Shown here piece by piece: positions 23,635-32,282 of a stretch of DNA of 64,000 bases. The DNA comes from Candidatus Aminicenantes bacterium (GTDB lineage Bacteria; Acidobacteriota; Aminicenantia; Aminicenantales; UBA8522). Location: the NCBI GenBank assembly GCA_037444845.1, contig JBBILQ010000005.1:6185-70184 (forward strand), written 5' to 3'. The translations under genes were made by a program, and so were the position numbers. Under the pieces are notes generated by a model. The model was not told where the DNA came from. It was given only the letters and a program-made list of their open reading frames with translations, and did no database searches. The first letter of the stretch is position 1. Every line of letters begins with the position of its first letter.

Positions 23635-24960
23635 CTAAGCAAGGCTGGCTCGTATTTTCACGGGATCGACGATGCCTCCAAGCTCGTCATCTATCAGGAT
23701 TGAGTCCTTCCTTTCAACGCCCGTCGAGATGATGGCCACTCTGGCCTCAATCAAATCCTCGATGAGTTTGACATAATCGAGAAAGGCATCCGGCAGGGAA
23801 GCTTCACCGGTCAGGCCATGGATGGGTTTTTCCCAACCCTTGACTTCACGATACTGGGGCACGACCTTATCTAATATCCAGGCCTCAGTGGGAAAAGACG
23901 GCAGTTTCTCTCCCCTGTAGCTGTAATTTGTGCAAACAAGAATGGTCTCGAATACGTCAAGAACATCCGGCTTTGTCAGGGCGATTTTCTCGATCCCGTT
24001 TACCCGGCAGGAGTGAGACACGGCGACAGCGTCAAACCAGCCGCAGCGCCGGGGCCGGCCTGTGGTTGCCCCGAACTCGTTCCCTCTTTCCGACAAGCAC
24101 CTCCCCTTTTCATCAGACACTTCGGTCGGGAACGGCCCGCTGCCCACCCGGGTTGTGTAGGCTTTCGTGACGCCAAGGACAGTGTCTATCTTTGTCGGGC
24201 TTATGCCCAGACCGGTGCAGACGCCTCCGGCCGAGGAATTCGAGGACGTCACGTAGGGATAGGTCCCGTGGTCAACGTCCAGGAGAGTACCTTGAGCTCC
24301 CTCAAAGAGGATGGCTTTGCCCTGGGCTGTCTGCTGCGCCAGGAGGAAAGAGACATCGCCGATATATCTTTCCACCTTTGAGGCGTAGGCGGCGTATTCC
24401 CTGAAGATTTCACCGGCATCAAGACCGGGAAAACCAAGTGCCCGGAACAGTTCATTCTTCTCAGCCACGTTTTCAGCAATTTTTTCTTCAAGGACAGCGA
24501 TGTCGAGAAGATCGCCCACTCGGACGCCGCAGCGGGCGACCTTATCTTCATAAGAAGGCCCTATGCCGCGGCTCGTTGTTCCGATTTTTTTGTTCCCCCG
24601 CCTTTCTTCCGCAATCCTCTCCAGAAGGACGTGATAAGGAAGGATAAGGTGGGCGCTCCGGCTGACGACAAGATGGGTTTCGACATCGATGCCCAGCGCT
24701 TCGAGAGCTGCCACTTCCTCGAGGAATGCTTTCGGGTGGAAGGCCACGCCGTTGCCGATAAGGCAGAGTGTCCCCGGGTGGAGGATGCCCGAAGGAATGA
24801 GGTGGAGGACGAGCTTTCGCCCGTTCAAGTAGACGGTATGGCCGGCGTTGTGGCCGCCCTGGTATCGGGCGACAACATCAAAACAAGGCGCGAGAAGGTC
24901 AACGACCTTGCCTTTCCCTTCATCTCCCCATTGAGTCCCGAGGACGATGACGTTGGACAT
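23635..24960 (-). CDS. purA: Adenylosuccinate synthetase
   Basis: The N-terminus VIVLGTQWGDEGKGKVVD plus GGHNAGHTV are classic PurA motifs. Confidence 0.95.
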   Translation of the reverse strand: MSNVIVLGTQWGDEGKGKVVDLLAPCFDVVARYQGGHNAGHTVYLNGRKLVLHLIPSGILHPGTLCLIGNGVAFHPKAFLEEVAALEALGIDVETHLVVSRSAHLILPYHVLLERIAEERRGNKKIGTTSRGIGPSYEDKVARCGVRVGDLLDIAVLEEKIAENVAEKNELFRALGFPGLDAGEIFREYAAYASKVERYIGDVSFLLAQQTAQGKAILFEGAQGTLLDVDHGTYPYVTSSNSSAGGVCTGLGISPTKIDTVLGVTKAYTTRVGSGPFPTEVSDEKGRCLSERGNEFGATTGRPRRCGWFDAVAVSHSCRVNGIEKIALTKPDVLDVFETILVCTNYSYRGEKLPSFPTEAWILDKVVPQYREVKGWEKPIHGLTGEASLPDAFLDYVKLIEDLIEARVAIISTGVERKDSILIDDELGGIVDPVKIRASLA

Positions 24961-25058
24961 ACGAATCCTTCCTCACGAATTGATCAGGATGCCTGACCGA
25001 GCCTTCAAGATGAATCGCGGAGAGAAAATTCTACCAGAAGTCAGCGCCTTCGACAAGC

Positions 25059-26078
25059 TCAGAATTGAAGCGCAACCTGGCCGAGAAGGACGTCGTTTTT
25101 AAGGCTGAGGCCTTTCTCCCTGTTAAAATCATACTCGATTTTGATCGCGACGTTGGAAGAAGGGCGATAGGCTAACCCGACAGCCCAACGTTTGAGATCC
25201 GAGGAAATTCCCGATCCGGGGGTTACGCCAGCAAGAAAACCAGGCCCGTGATAGGGGTCATCGGATTTCATCACCTGGTAGCTGATGAGAGGAGCAAATT
25301 CGTTTGTCTTTAGCGACAGGAGAAAAAAATGGCCTTCTGTTTCGCCACGAACATACTCGCCAGGGTTATCAATGAGGGCCTTCCCGTACTCATAGAAAAA
25401 CAGGAAAGAATCTGTCTGCCAGGTAACATCCGCTCCCTGCAGAACCAGGCTGCGGCTGCCCTCATCGTCATGTTTTCCCCGGTAGAAGGAAAAACCGGCC
25501 TCAAAGGATTGACTCAGGAAGACCCCTGCCCTTCCTCCAACTGCTTTGTCCCCGTTATTGTCCTTGAATTGCTGACCTGAAGGGATGTCTTGAGCCTCCC
25601 TCAGTCCGTTGCCCACGTACCCAGAATAATTGAAGAAGCTAATGCTCCCCTCGGCCATGAGCCCGATATCCCTCCAGCTTGCGGGGTAAAGGGCCTCCAC
25701 GTGGAGAGGAGCCTTGATGAAGTCTGTCTCATGGGGCCGGCTGGCCCGGTTGTATTTTCCAAAAGGAACGAGATAACAGCCAAGTCTCAGTTGGAAAGCC
25801 GACGAAGGCCGGATAGCGACCCAGGCCTCTTCGATTTCAACGCTGGTTTCGGTTTTGAACCTGACCTCGAGGTCGTAGAAGAATATCTTGTTCAATTCTC
25901 CGGCAGAAAGAAGGCCCGCCTGGACCTGTCTGAACGTTCCATCGGGAAACTTGGCCTGGCGCTCTCCGTTCTCGTACTGGAAGGAAAAATAACCGTTGGC
26001 TTTGAATTGAGCCTTCGTTTCCTGAGAGAAGATGCCGATAGAAAAGGAAAGAACAGCAAGGATGTCTCTGACTCTCAT
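25059..26078 (-). CDS. Predicted outer-membrane beta-barrel protein (porin-like)
   Basis: Signal peptide, alternating amphipathic strands, Tyr/Gly-rich, and a C-terminal ...ALQF with terminal Phe. Its ATG overlaps the stop of the upstream reductase (ATGA). Confidence 0.5.
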   Translation of the reverse strand: MRVRDILAVLSFSIGIFSQETKAQFKANGYFSFQYENGERQAKFPDGTFRQVQAGLLSAGELNKIFFYDLEVRFKTETSVEIEEAWVAIRPSSAFQLRLGCYLVPFGKYNRASRPHETDFIKAPLHVEALYPASWRDIGLMAEGSISFFNYSGYVGNGLREAQDIPSGQQFKDNNGDKAVGGRAGVFLSQSFEAGFSFYRGKHDDEGSRSLVLQGADVTWQTDSFLFFYEYGKALIDNPGEYVRGETEGHFFLLSLKTNEFAPLISYQVMKSDDPYHGPGFLAGVTPGSGISSDLKRWAVGLAYRPSSNVAIKIEYDFNREKGLSLKNDVLLGQVALQF

Positions 26079-27277
26079 AGGACCGAAAAATCAAACGTAT
26101 CTTCAAGCAGGTGGTTAATCCATTGACTCACCTGGCGCCTGGCGGTGACGGCCCTAACGATCTCGTTCGTGTCTTTTTCTGTTCCCATCCAGATGGCCCC
26201 GACCATGGCTCCGCCCAAAAGAACGATTTTTTTGTAGACTCCTTCGTCTTCTTTGAGTGTCCTGATTTCCTGGTAATCCAGCCCCTCTGGGTTCACCGTT
26301 CCGACTGAAGTCATGGTAATGCCGGCCACCTTGAGCGTGTTGGAGGGAACAGTCCCTTCGTATTTTTTTGGCTCGCCGAGGATGTTGTAAGCGACAGTCC
26401 GTGCCTGGTCGAAGGAGGCGGGAATGATGCCGTAGACCTTCCCATCATGCTGGATGCTGTCTCCGGCGCCGAATATTTGGGGCAGGTTTGTCCTGAGAAA
26501 ATCATCAACGACGAGGCCTTTATCAGTTGTCAACCCGGCCTCTATGAGGAGCCCGAGGTTTGGCCTGACTCCAGCCGCGATGACGGCCAGGTTGGCGACT
26601 GTCCCCTCTCCTCCTTTAAACTTCAATCCAGTGACTTCCTGTTGCCCTGCTATTTCCTCAGTCGCCACGCCCAGGCGGACGCGAATACCCTGGCTCTCGA
26701 TCTGCTTCTTGAGAAGAGAAGCTCCGTGCTTGTCCAGCTGGCGAGGCAGCAGCCGGTCAAAAAATTCAACGACTTCGACCTCGGCGCCCCGGGACTTGAG
26801 GCCGCGGGCGATCTCCAAACCCAGGAGCCCGCCCCCGATGACGACGACCCGGGAATGGTCCTTAAGAAAGTCGAGAATGGCCTGGGCGTCGTCGAGATTC
26901 CGGAGCGTGAAAACTCCTCGTTTTTCTGATCCCTTGATGGCCGGGATGAAAGAGGAAGCGCCGTTGGCCACCAAAAGGGCGTCATAGCTCACCTTTTTGC
27001 CGCTCTCGATCTCGACTTCCCTAGACTTCGGATGAATCTTCCTGACCGGCTTGCCCAGATGAATATTGATGTTCTGCCTGATATGCCAGTCCTCCGAGAA
27101 GGCAAAAAGACGCTCATAAGGCAACCTGCCGGCGATGTACTCGACCAGGTTGGGACGAGGATAGTATGGGACCTTTTCTTCAGCATAGACGTGGACCTCG
27201 ACCCCTGAATCCAGCTCACGAAGGGTCTTGGCTGCTATGGTCCCGGCCAGCCCGTTTCCGATGACGATCACCTTCAT
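26075..27277 (-). CDS. NAD(P)H:rubredoxin oxidoreductase-like flavoprotein (FAD/NAD pyridine nucleotide-disulfide oxidoreductase fold)
   Basis: The start is the internal ATG at 27277 (MKVIVIGNGLAG). There are two GxGxxG motifs and no Nox-type active-site Cys. It lies directly downstream of rubredoxin. Confidence 0.7.
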   Translation of the reverse strand: MKVIVIGNGLAGTIAAKTLRELDSGVEVHVYAEEKVPYYPRPNLVEYIAGRLPYERLFAFSEDWHIRQNINIHLGKPVRKIHPKSREVEIESGKKVSYDALLVANGASSFIPAIKGSEKRGVFTLRNLDDAQAILDFLKDHSRVVVIGGGLLGLEIARGLKSRGAEVEVVEFFDRLLPRQLDKHGASLLKKQIESQGIRVRLGVATEEIAGQQEVTGLKFKGGEGTVANLAVIAAGVRPNLGLLIEAGLTTDKGLVVDDFLRTNLPQIFGAGDSIQHDGKVYGIIPASFDQARTVAYNILGEPKKYEGTVPSNTLKVAGITMTSVGTVNPEGLDYQEIRTLKEDEGVYKKIVLLGGAMVGAIWMGTEKDTNEIVRAVTARRQVSQWINHLLEDTFDFSVL

Positions 27278-27302
27278 TTGAAAACCTCTGCTTCCTGAGC
27301 GC

Positions 27303-27464
27303 TCAGGCGACCTTCTGGAAAAATTCCTTGCCCACCCCGCACTGCGGGCAGACCCAATCGTCGGGCAAGTTATCGAAAGGAGTCCCCGGGCTGACGCCGG
27401 TATCAGGGTCTCCCTTCTCAGGGTCATAGACGTAGCCGCAGGCCGTGCACTCCCACTTCTCCAT
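27303..27464 (-). CDS. Rubredoxin (53 aa); absent from the ORF track
   Basis: [53 protein letters not shown] carries the canonical CxxCG...CPxCG motif. GGAGAG ribosome-binding site. Confidence 0.85.
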   Translation of the reverse strand: MEKWECTACGYVYDPEKGDPDTGVSPGTPFDNLPDDWVCPQCGVGKEFFQKVA

Positions 27465-27525
27465 GTTTCTCTCCTTTTTTATCTTATGATGAATTCAATC
27501 AATGGAGACGCAACCTGCCGAAATC

Positions 27526-27978
27526 TCAGTCTTCCCACAGGGCATGTCTCTCATACTCGATTTCCAGGCGAAGCTTATGAGATTTTTCCTGTTTGACCAG
27601 GAACTCGAACAGCTTTTTCTGCTCCTTCTTCCTGGCTTTTTTGGCCAGGCTTGTGTACAGGTCAACGGCTTTCCTTTCCTTTTTGGCCGCGAAAATGAGA
27701 AGGTCCTGGAAATTCATCTCGGGAGTGAGAGGCTCGGCTACCAGATAGTCGCTTATCTTCAAATCCCTGACGTCCTTGCTCGCGGCGGCCTCAACTTTGA
27801 CCTTAGTCAACCCCAGGAGTATTTTCTTGTGGTTCTTCTCGTCCTTTCGGAGATCTTCAAGCAGCTTCCTCGAAGCTTGTTCCTTGGCCATATGGAGCAG
27901 CTTACCGTAATTCCTGGCCGCTTCCTCCTCCCTCTTGACGGCAAACTGAATGACCTCGGCAAAACTCGAAAATTTCAT
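27526..27978 (-). CDS. Ferritin-like diiron protein (erythrin-type), paralogous to 4543..5031
   Basis: 150 aa with two E...ExxH pairs (EDLRKDEKNHKKIL, VKQEKSHKLRLE). Confidence 0.65.
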   Translation of the reverse strand: MKFSSFAEVIQFAVKREEEAARNYGKLLHMAKEQASRKLLEDLRKDEKNHKKILLGLTKVKVEAAASKDVRDLKISDYLVAEPLTPEMNFQDLLIFAAKKERKAVDLYTSLAKKARKKEQKKLFEFLVKQEKSHKLRLEIEYERHALWED

Positions 27979-28137
27979 GGCCAGCTCCTTTCTTGCATTC
28001 TTTAAACTTCGAGACCCTGCCCGTCTAATTTCCCTGGATGCTTCGGGAAAGGCCTGCCCTGGAACAACATAAAACCTTATAACAAAAACAATTCTTCTGT
28101 CAACGAAGACATGATTTCAACCCCTGTGATAACGGGC

Positions 28138-28166
28138 TTGATTTGCGGACGCTTTTCGGTTAATAT
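28138..28166 (+). promoter_or_regulatory. Putative sigma70 promoter: TTGATT, 17 bp spacer, TAATAT
   Basis: Consensus-like hexamers with optimal spacing, 18 nt upstream of the 28184 ATG. Confidence 0.45.
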
Positions 28167-28183
28167 CTTAAAACTCAAAGCCG

Positions 28184-28594
28184 ATGAAACCATATGCTTG
28201 CCTTCTGGCCGGATGGCTTTTTCCCGGCCTTGGCCATTTTCTCCAGAAGAAATTCTGGCGGGGCGCTATCTTTCTCCTCGCCATTCTGGGCATGACGGGA
28301 ATGGGCCTGGCCATGGGGGGGAAGATCTACCCGCTTTATCTCGAAAAACCTCAGACCGTTCTTGAAATCGTCACCAACCTGTTCAAGAAGGAAAATCCGC
28401 TCGCTCTGCTGGCTTTTTTCGCCGACCTTGGCAACCTTCTAATCTATGCACTGAGCCGTTTTCTGTCTTTTGGGCAGGGAGCTCTTGAACGCTCCACCTT
28501 TGAGTTCGGGACAGCCTATGTGGCCGGTGCCGGGCTTCTGAACTACCTCATCGCCCTCGACGCCTTTGATATCGCCCGTGGAAAGAAGAAATGA
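28184..28594 (+). CDS. Hypothetical small membrane protein (3-4 TM helices)
   Basis: 136 aa, hydrophobic segments, no recognisable family. Confidence 0.5.
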   Translation: MKPYACLLAGWLFPGLGHFLQKKFWRGAIFLLAILGMTGMGLAMGGKIYPLYLEKPQTVLEIVTNLFKKENPLALLAFFADLGNLLIYALSRFLSFGQGALERSTFEFGTAYVAGAGLLNYLIALDAFDIARGKKK

Positions 28595-28770
28595 TCTTCC
28601 AAAGCCACCTTCTTTCTATGATCATCTACGCTTTTCTTGTCTCTGTCGTGCTGGCACTCGTCCGGAGGAACGAGTTAAAAAGCCAGGTCAAGTACGGCCT
28701 CTCCCTTTTTCTCATCATGGTCATCTGCGGGCTGGCCTTCGGCTGGTTCATGTTCCTTTTCACCCGCTGA
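28591..28770 (+). CDS. Hypothetical 59-aa membrane protein, translationally coupled; absent from the ORF track
   Basis: ATGA overlap with the stop of the previous gene. MIFQSHLLSMIIYAFLVSVVLALVRRNELKSQVKYGLSLFLIMVICGLAFGWFMFLFTR predicts two TM helices. Confidence 0.4.
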   Translation: MIFQSHLLSMIIYAFLVSVVLALVRRNELKSQVKYGLSLFLIMVICGLAFGWFMFLFTR

Positions 28771-28857
28771 TAGCTGTTTGGCAGTCCCCGGAAGCTTTCC
28801 CGCATATGTTTTCTTCCCCCAGAGCAACACAAACGGAGAAACTTCCGCGTCCCTTCT

Positions 28858-29060
28858 AGTGTCCCGTCTCGTAAGTACCTTGCCGAAGTCCTCCGCAAAG
28901 ACGGGACACTTCCATGGGGGAGTCAAGCTCCCCCCTCGGCGCTTCGCTACGCTCCGCTGACCCCCTGAGGGGAACGACGCCGTCCCCCTCAAACTCCCCC
29001 GCGGGTGGTGCGCCTTCAGGGACCGCGACTTAAGTGAAGTTATTTATGAGACGCACCACT
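28858..29060 (+). other. GC-rich structured non-coding region: 12-bp perfect inverted repeat, two short GC hairpins, and an 8-bp stem followed by a T-run
   Basis: AGTGTCCCGTCT (28858-28869) pairs with AGACGGGACACT (28899-28910). GGGGGAG-TCAAG-CTCCCCC lies at 28916-28934. GTGGTGCG (29005-29012) pairs with CGCACCAC (29052-29059) and is followed by TTTTTT. Confidence 0.4.
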
Positions 29061-29064
29061 AGTT

Positions 29065-29093
29065 TTTTATTCGCCCCCCTAATGTGTTATAAT
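29065..29093 (+). promoter_or_regulatory. Putative extended -10 promoter (TGtTATAAT) for ftsEX
   Basis: TGTTATAAT at 29085-29093 with a weak -35 (TTTTAT), about 95 nt upstream of the ftsE ATG. Confidence 0.4.
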
Positions 29094-29189
29094 CCTTGCT
29101 TCGAGCGGGGCGGAACAGGAAGAAAATGAACGGGCTTGCCGGCCTCAGGCCGGTCACCGGGTCTCGAGACGGCGCTTGAAAACATCGGG

Positions 29190-29870
29190 ATGATTGAGCT
29201 CTATCACATTTCCAAGCAGTACCAGGAGGGCCAGTGGGCTCTCATGGACATCAATCTCCACATTAAAAGGGGAGAGTTCTGGTTCGTCACGGGCCCGAGC
29301 GGCTCCGGCAAAACAACGCTCCTCAAGATTATTTTCCGTGAAATTTTGCCCACGCGCGGCCAGATCGTAATCGACGGCATTAATATCCTGCGCCTGCCAG
29401 ACCACAAAATCTGGAAGCTGCGCCGGTCGATGGGTATCGTCTTCCAGGACTTCCGCCTTCTCTTCCATAAAAAAGTCTTTGATAACGTGGCCATCGGTCT
29501 CTATGTCATGGGTATCCCGGTTAAAGAAATCCGCCGCCGCGTCTTCAACGCCCTCAGGCTCGTCAACCTTCATCAAAAAATGTGGGAATACCCCTCTCAC
29601 CTCTCGTACGGAGAGCAACAGCGTGTGGCCATTGCCCGGGCTGTGGTTAATGAGCCGCAGATCTTGTTGGCCGACGAACCGACCGGCAACCTCGACCCGG
29701 AGCTTGCGTTCGAGATCATCGGCGTATTCAAGGAAATCAACAGGCAAGGGACGACCGTCTTGATCTGCAGTCACGACAAGGAGCTCATCCGTCATTTCGG
29801 GGATAAGATTTTGTTCTTGTTTAAAGGAAAAATCATCGGAAAGGAAGTTCAACCATTCTCCAGAAAATAA
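29190..29870 (+). CDS. ftsE: Cell division ATP-binding protein FtsE
   Basis: MIELYHISKQY aligns with the FtsE N-terminus. Walker A GPSGSGKTT, ABC signature LSYGEQQR, Walker B LLADEPTGNLD. Confidence 0.9.
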   Translation: MIELYHISKQYQEGQWALMDINLHIKRGEFWFVTGPSGSGKTTLLKIIFREILPTRGQIVIDGINILRLPDHKIWKLRRSMGIVFQDFRLLFHKKVFDNVAIGLYVMGIPVKEIRRRVFNALRLVNLHQKMWEYPSHLSYGEQQRVAIARAVVNEPQILLADEPTGNLDPELAFEIIGVFKEINRQGTTVLICSHDKELIRHFGDKILFLFKGKIIGKEVQPFSRK

Positions 29871-29890
29871 CGTATTTTGTCCGGGATTCC

Positions 29891-30751
29891 TTGAATAACC
29901 TCTGGCAGTACAGGGTGCGAAACCTTTTATCCGCCACGATCATCGCCCTCTCCTTTCTTATCGTTGGCGTCTTTTTTTCTCTGTCCAACAACCTTCAGTT
30001 CCTGGCCAGCCGGCTCGCCGAGAACATGGTCGTTGCTTTTTTCCTCAACCCGGGAATATCGGCCAGGGAGCAAGCCAGGGTCGAAGAAGTCATCAAAGCT
30101 TCCCCTGGAGTTGCGCATGTCAAATTTGTCAGCCGCGAAGAGGCGCTGGCCAGGTTCCAGAAAAGTTTTCCTGAGCTCGAGGATATCCTGAAGAACCTTG
30201 GCTCAAACCCTTTCCCTGCCTCTTATGAGGCCGTCCTTCAGAAAAAGGCCTTCCTGTCAGAAGAAGCCCTTGGCCTCATCGAAGACATCAAAGCGCTCCC
30301 GGGAGTGGAGGATGTTCAGTTTAACCGCGATTGGGTGAAGAAAATGCAGTCCCTGAGCCGATTGGCCAGGGCCATCGGTTTTTTCCTCGGAGGCATACTC
30401 ATCTTGGCTTCGTTTTTTATCATCTCGAACGTCATCAGGCTCAATGTCTTCGCTCGCAAGAACGAAATCGAGATCCTCCGCCTGGTGGGGGCGACGAATA
30501 CTTTTATCCGGCTGCCTTTTCTCCTCGAAGGCCTCTCTCTCGGCGTTCTCGGCAGCGCCCTTTCCTTGGCCCTGTTGTCCATCCTGATCAAGCTTTTTCC
30601 GCTTTATCTGGGCCAATCCCTTGGCGTTCTCCAGGAATTCATCAACTTCCGCTATCTTTCTCTATCCCAATGCATCAGCCTAATCATCGGGAGTGCCCTG
30701 ATGGGATTGCTGGGGAGTTTGAGCTCGCTCTCCCGATTTTTAAAAATATGA
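29891..30751 (+). CDS. ftsX: Cell division permease FtsX
   Basis: Follows ftsE; four TM segments with a periplasmic loop, FtsX-like. TTG start. Confidence 0.8.
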   Translation: MNNLWQYRVRNLLSATIIALSFLIVGVFFSLSNNLQFLASRLAENMVVAFFLNPGISAREQARVEEVIKASPGVAHVKFVSREEALARFQKSFPELEDILKNLGSNPFPASYEAVLQKKAFLSEEALGLIEDIKALPGVEDVQFNRDWVKKMQSLSRLARAIGFFLGGILILASFFIISNVIRLNVFARKNEIEILRLVGATNTFIRLPFLLEGLSLGVLGSALSLALLSILIKLFPLYLGQSLGVLQEFINFRYLSLSQCISLIIGSALMGLLGSLSSLSRFLKI

Positions 30752-30760
30752 ACAAACGCT

Positions 30761-31399
30761 TCAGCGGTCGAGGACCCTCCGGCTCAGGAGATGGGCCTGG
30801 CGGATGGGTTCGGGTATCCTGAACCGGCAGCACTCCAGGACGATTTTGCGGCTCAGCGAGAAATTGACACGGTGTCCTGGCGACACGAAAACAGGCCTGA
30901 CCCCGGTTCGCGTCCTCAAACAGAAACCGACCTTCTCCTGCGCATGATTCTTGAAATACGTGAACGCTCCCCTCGCCTGAGGAGGCGGACGGAAGGGGAA
31001 AAAGGGCGTCTTGGCACAGCCGATGGTGGGAATGTCCAGGCCAACGCCAGCGTGGGAGGCTAATCCCATCCGGCGAGGATGGGCAATCCCGTTGCCGTCG
31101 AGAAGGGTTACATCGGGCCGGTACTTGATTCTCTGAAAGGCTGCGAAGAATGCTGGAGTCTCACGGAGAGACAGGAACCCGGGGATATAGGGCAAGCCGA
31201 CTTTCATCACGGCCTCGGCTGTTTCCACCATCTCAAGCTCAGGGAGCTTCATCACAACGACGACAGCCGCGATGAGCTCTTCTTTCTTGTCATAACTAAA
31301 ATCAGCTCCGGCGACGAGCGAGACTTCACCGCCGCCCCATTCCAGAATTAGGCGGCGGGCCAACTCTTCTTGAAGTCGAATGGCTCGGTCCAGTTTCAT
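30761..31399 (-). CDS. nfi: Endonuclease V (deoxyinosine 3' endonuclease)
   Basis: LVAGADFSY, LPYIPGFLSLRE and LLDGNGIAHPRRMGLASH match the Nfi active-site blocks. The start is probably the ATG at 31399 (MKLDRAIRL). Confidence 0.9.
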   Translation of the reverse strand: MKLDRAIRLQEELARRLILEWGGGEVSLVAGADFSYDKKEELIAAVVVVMKLPELEMVETAEAVMKVGLPYIPGFLSLRETPAFFAAFQRIKYRPDVTLLDGNGIAHPRRMGLASHAGVGLDIPTIGCAKTPFFPFRPPPQARGAFTYFKNHAQEKVGFCLRTRTGVRPVFVSPGHRVNFSLSRKIVLECCRFRIPEPIRQAHLLSRRVLDR

Positions 31400-31476
31400 C
31401 CCTGTCCTCATTTCATTGTTCCTTTTTTATTCTAACAAATTCTGCCCCGGCCGACACAGCGGAAGAGGCCCGTCAT

Positions 31477-31506
31477 TTGACACACCCGCCTGGTTTTATC
31501 TACAAT
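31477..31506 (+). promoter_or_regulatory. Putative sigma70 promoter: TTGACA, 18 bp spacer, TACAAT
   Basis: Near-consensus hexamers 9 nt upstream of the rodZ-like ATG. Confidence 0.45.
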
Positions 31507-31514
31507 TCTTGCAA

Positions 31515-32276
31515 ATGGCATCCCTCGGTCAGGAACTCAAGAGAGAGCGAGAGCTGAGAGGAATTTCTCTCCAGGAGATTGCCGCTTCGACCCGCATCCG
31601 CCTGAAATTCCTCGAGGCGCTGGAAGAGGACCGGCTCGACATTATCCCCGGCAAATTCTTCATCCGGGCTATCCTGAGCTCCTACGCCAAGAGCATCGGA
31701 CTCGATGAAAACCAGGTGCTCAACAGATACCAGGAACTCCAGAGCTCCTTTGACTACGAGGTCGAAGCCGCCGCTCCGAAGAAGTCAGGCGGCCAACCCA
31801 TCCGCCGCCGGAGAAACTTGCCCCTTTTCCTTGCCTGCATCTTTATCATCCTGGCCCTTGGGTTCATTTCTATTCTTGTCCTTGCGCCAGGGAAAAACCC
31901 GGAGGCGTCACTCAGGCCGGAGTTCAAACCGTCCCCCAGCCCAGCGCCGCCTGCGCCGGTCGAAGCACCAAAAACTGAGCAAAAAACTGAAGAGGGTCTG
32001 AACCTTGACATCTCTTTTCTCGAAGAAACCTGGCTCCAGGCTTCCGCCGACGGTGCTGTGATCTGGGATGGAATCAAGAAAGGGGGCGAATCACTCGAGG
32101 TTAGGGCATCTCGGGAAGTTGGGCTTAACCTCGGCAACGCCGGCGGACTCGCCTTCACCATCAACGGAAAAAAAGGAAAGCCTTTCGGGCCGAGGGGAGC
32201 TGTGCGCAAGGACATCAGGATTACCCCCAACAACTGCGGCGAATACCTTCTCCCGGAAAAGGAGAGCGAGAGCTAA
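31515..32276 (+). CDS. RodZ-like cytoskeleton protein (N-terminal XRE-type HTH, TM segment, C-terminal DUF4115-like domain)
   Basis: The start is the internal ATG at 31515 (MASLGQELKRERELRGISLQEIAASTRI). HTH, single TM segment and a Pro-rich linker. Confidence 0.6.
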   Translation: MASLGQELKRERELRGISLQEIAASTRIRLKFLEALEEDRLDIIPGKFFIRAILSSYAKSIGLDENQVLNRYQELQSSFDYEVEAAAPKKSGGQPIRRRRNLPLFLACIFIILALGFISILVLAPGKNPEASLRPEFKPSPSPAPPAPVEAPKTEQKTEEGLNLDISFLEETWLQASADGAVIWDGIKKGGESLEVRASREVGLNLGNAGGLAFTINGKKGKPFGPRGAVRKDIRITPNNCGEYLLPEKESES

Positions 32277-32282
32277 AAGACC

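Noticed and set aside
28095-28115. Imperfect inverted repeat TTCTTCTGTCAACGAAGAC upstream of the ferritin-like/rubredoxin operon as a possible PerR/Fur-type operator
   Set aside because: Only 5 of 6 positions pair, and the central GTCAAC is not palindromic. It is too weak to call without comparative data.
28626-28992. Minus-strand ORFs 28626..28898 and 28675..28992 across the small membrane genes and the structured region
   Set aside because: They overlap better-supported plus-strand genes, have no ribosome-binding site, and have Arg/Gly-rich compositions.
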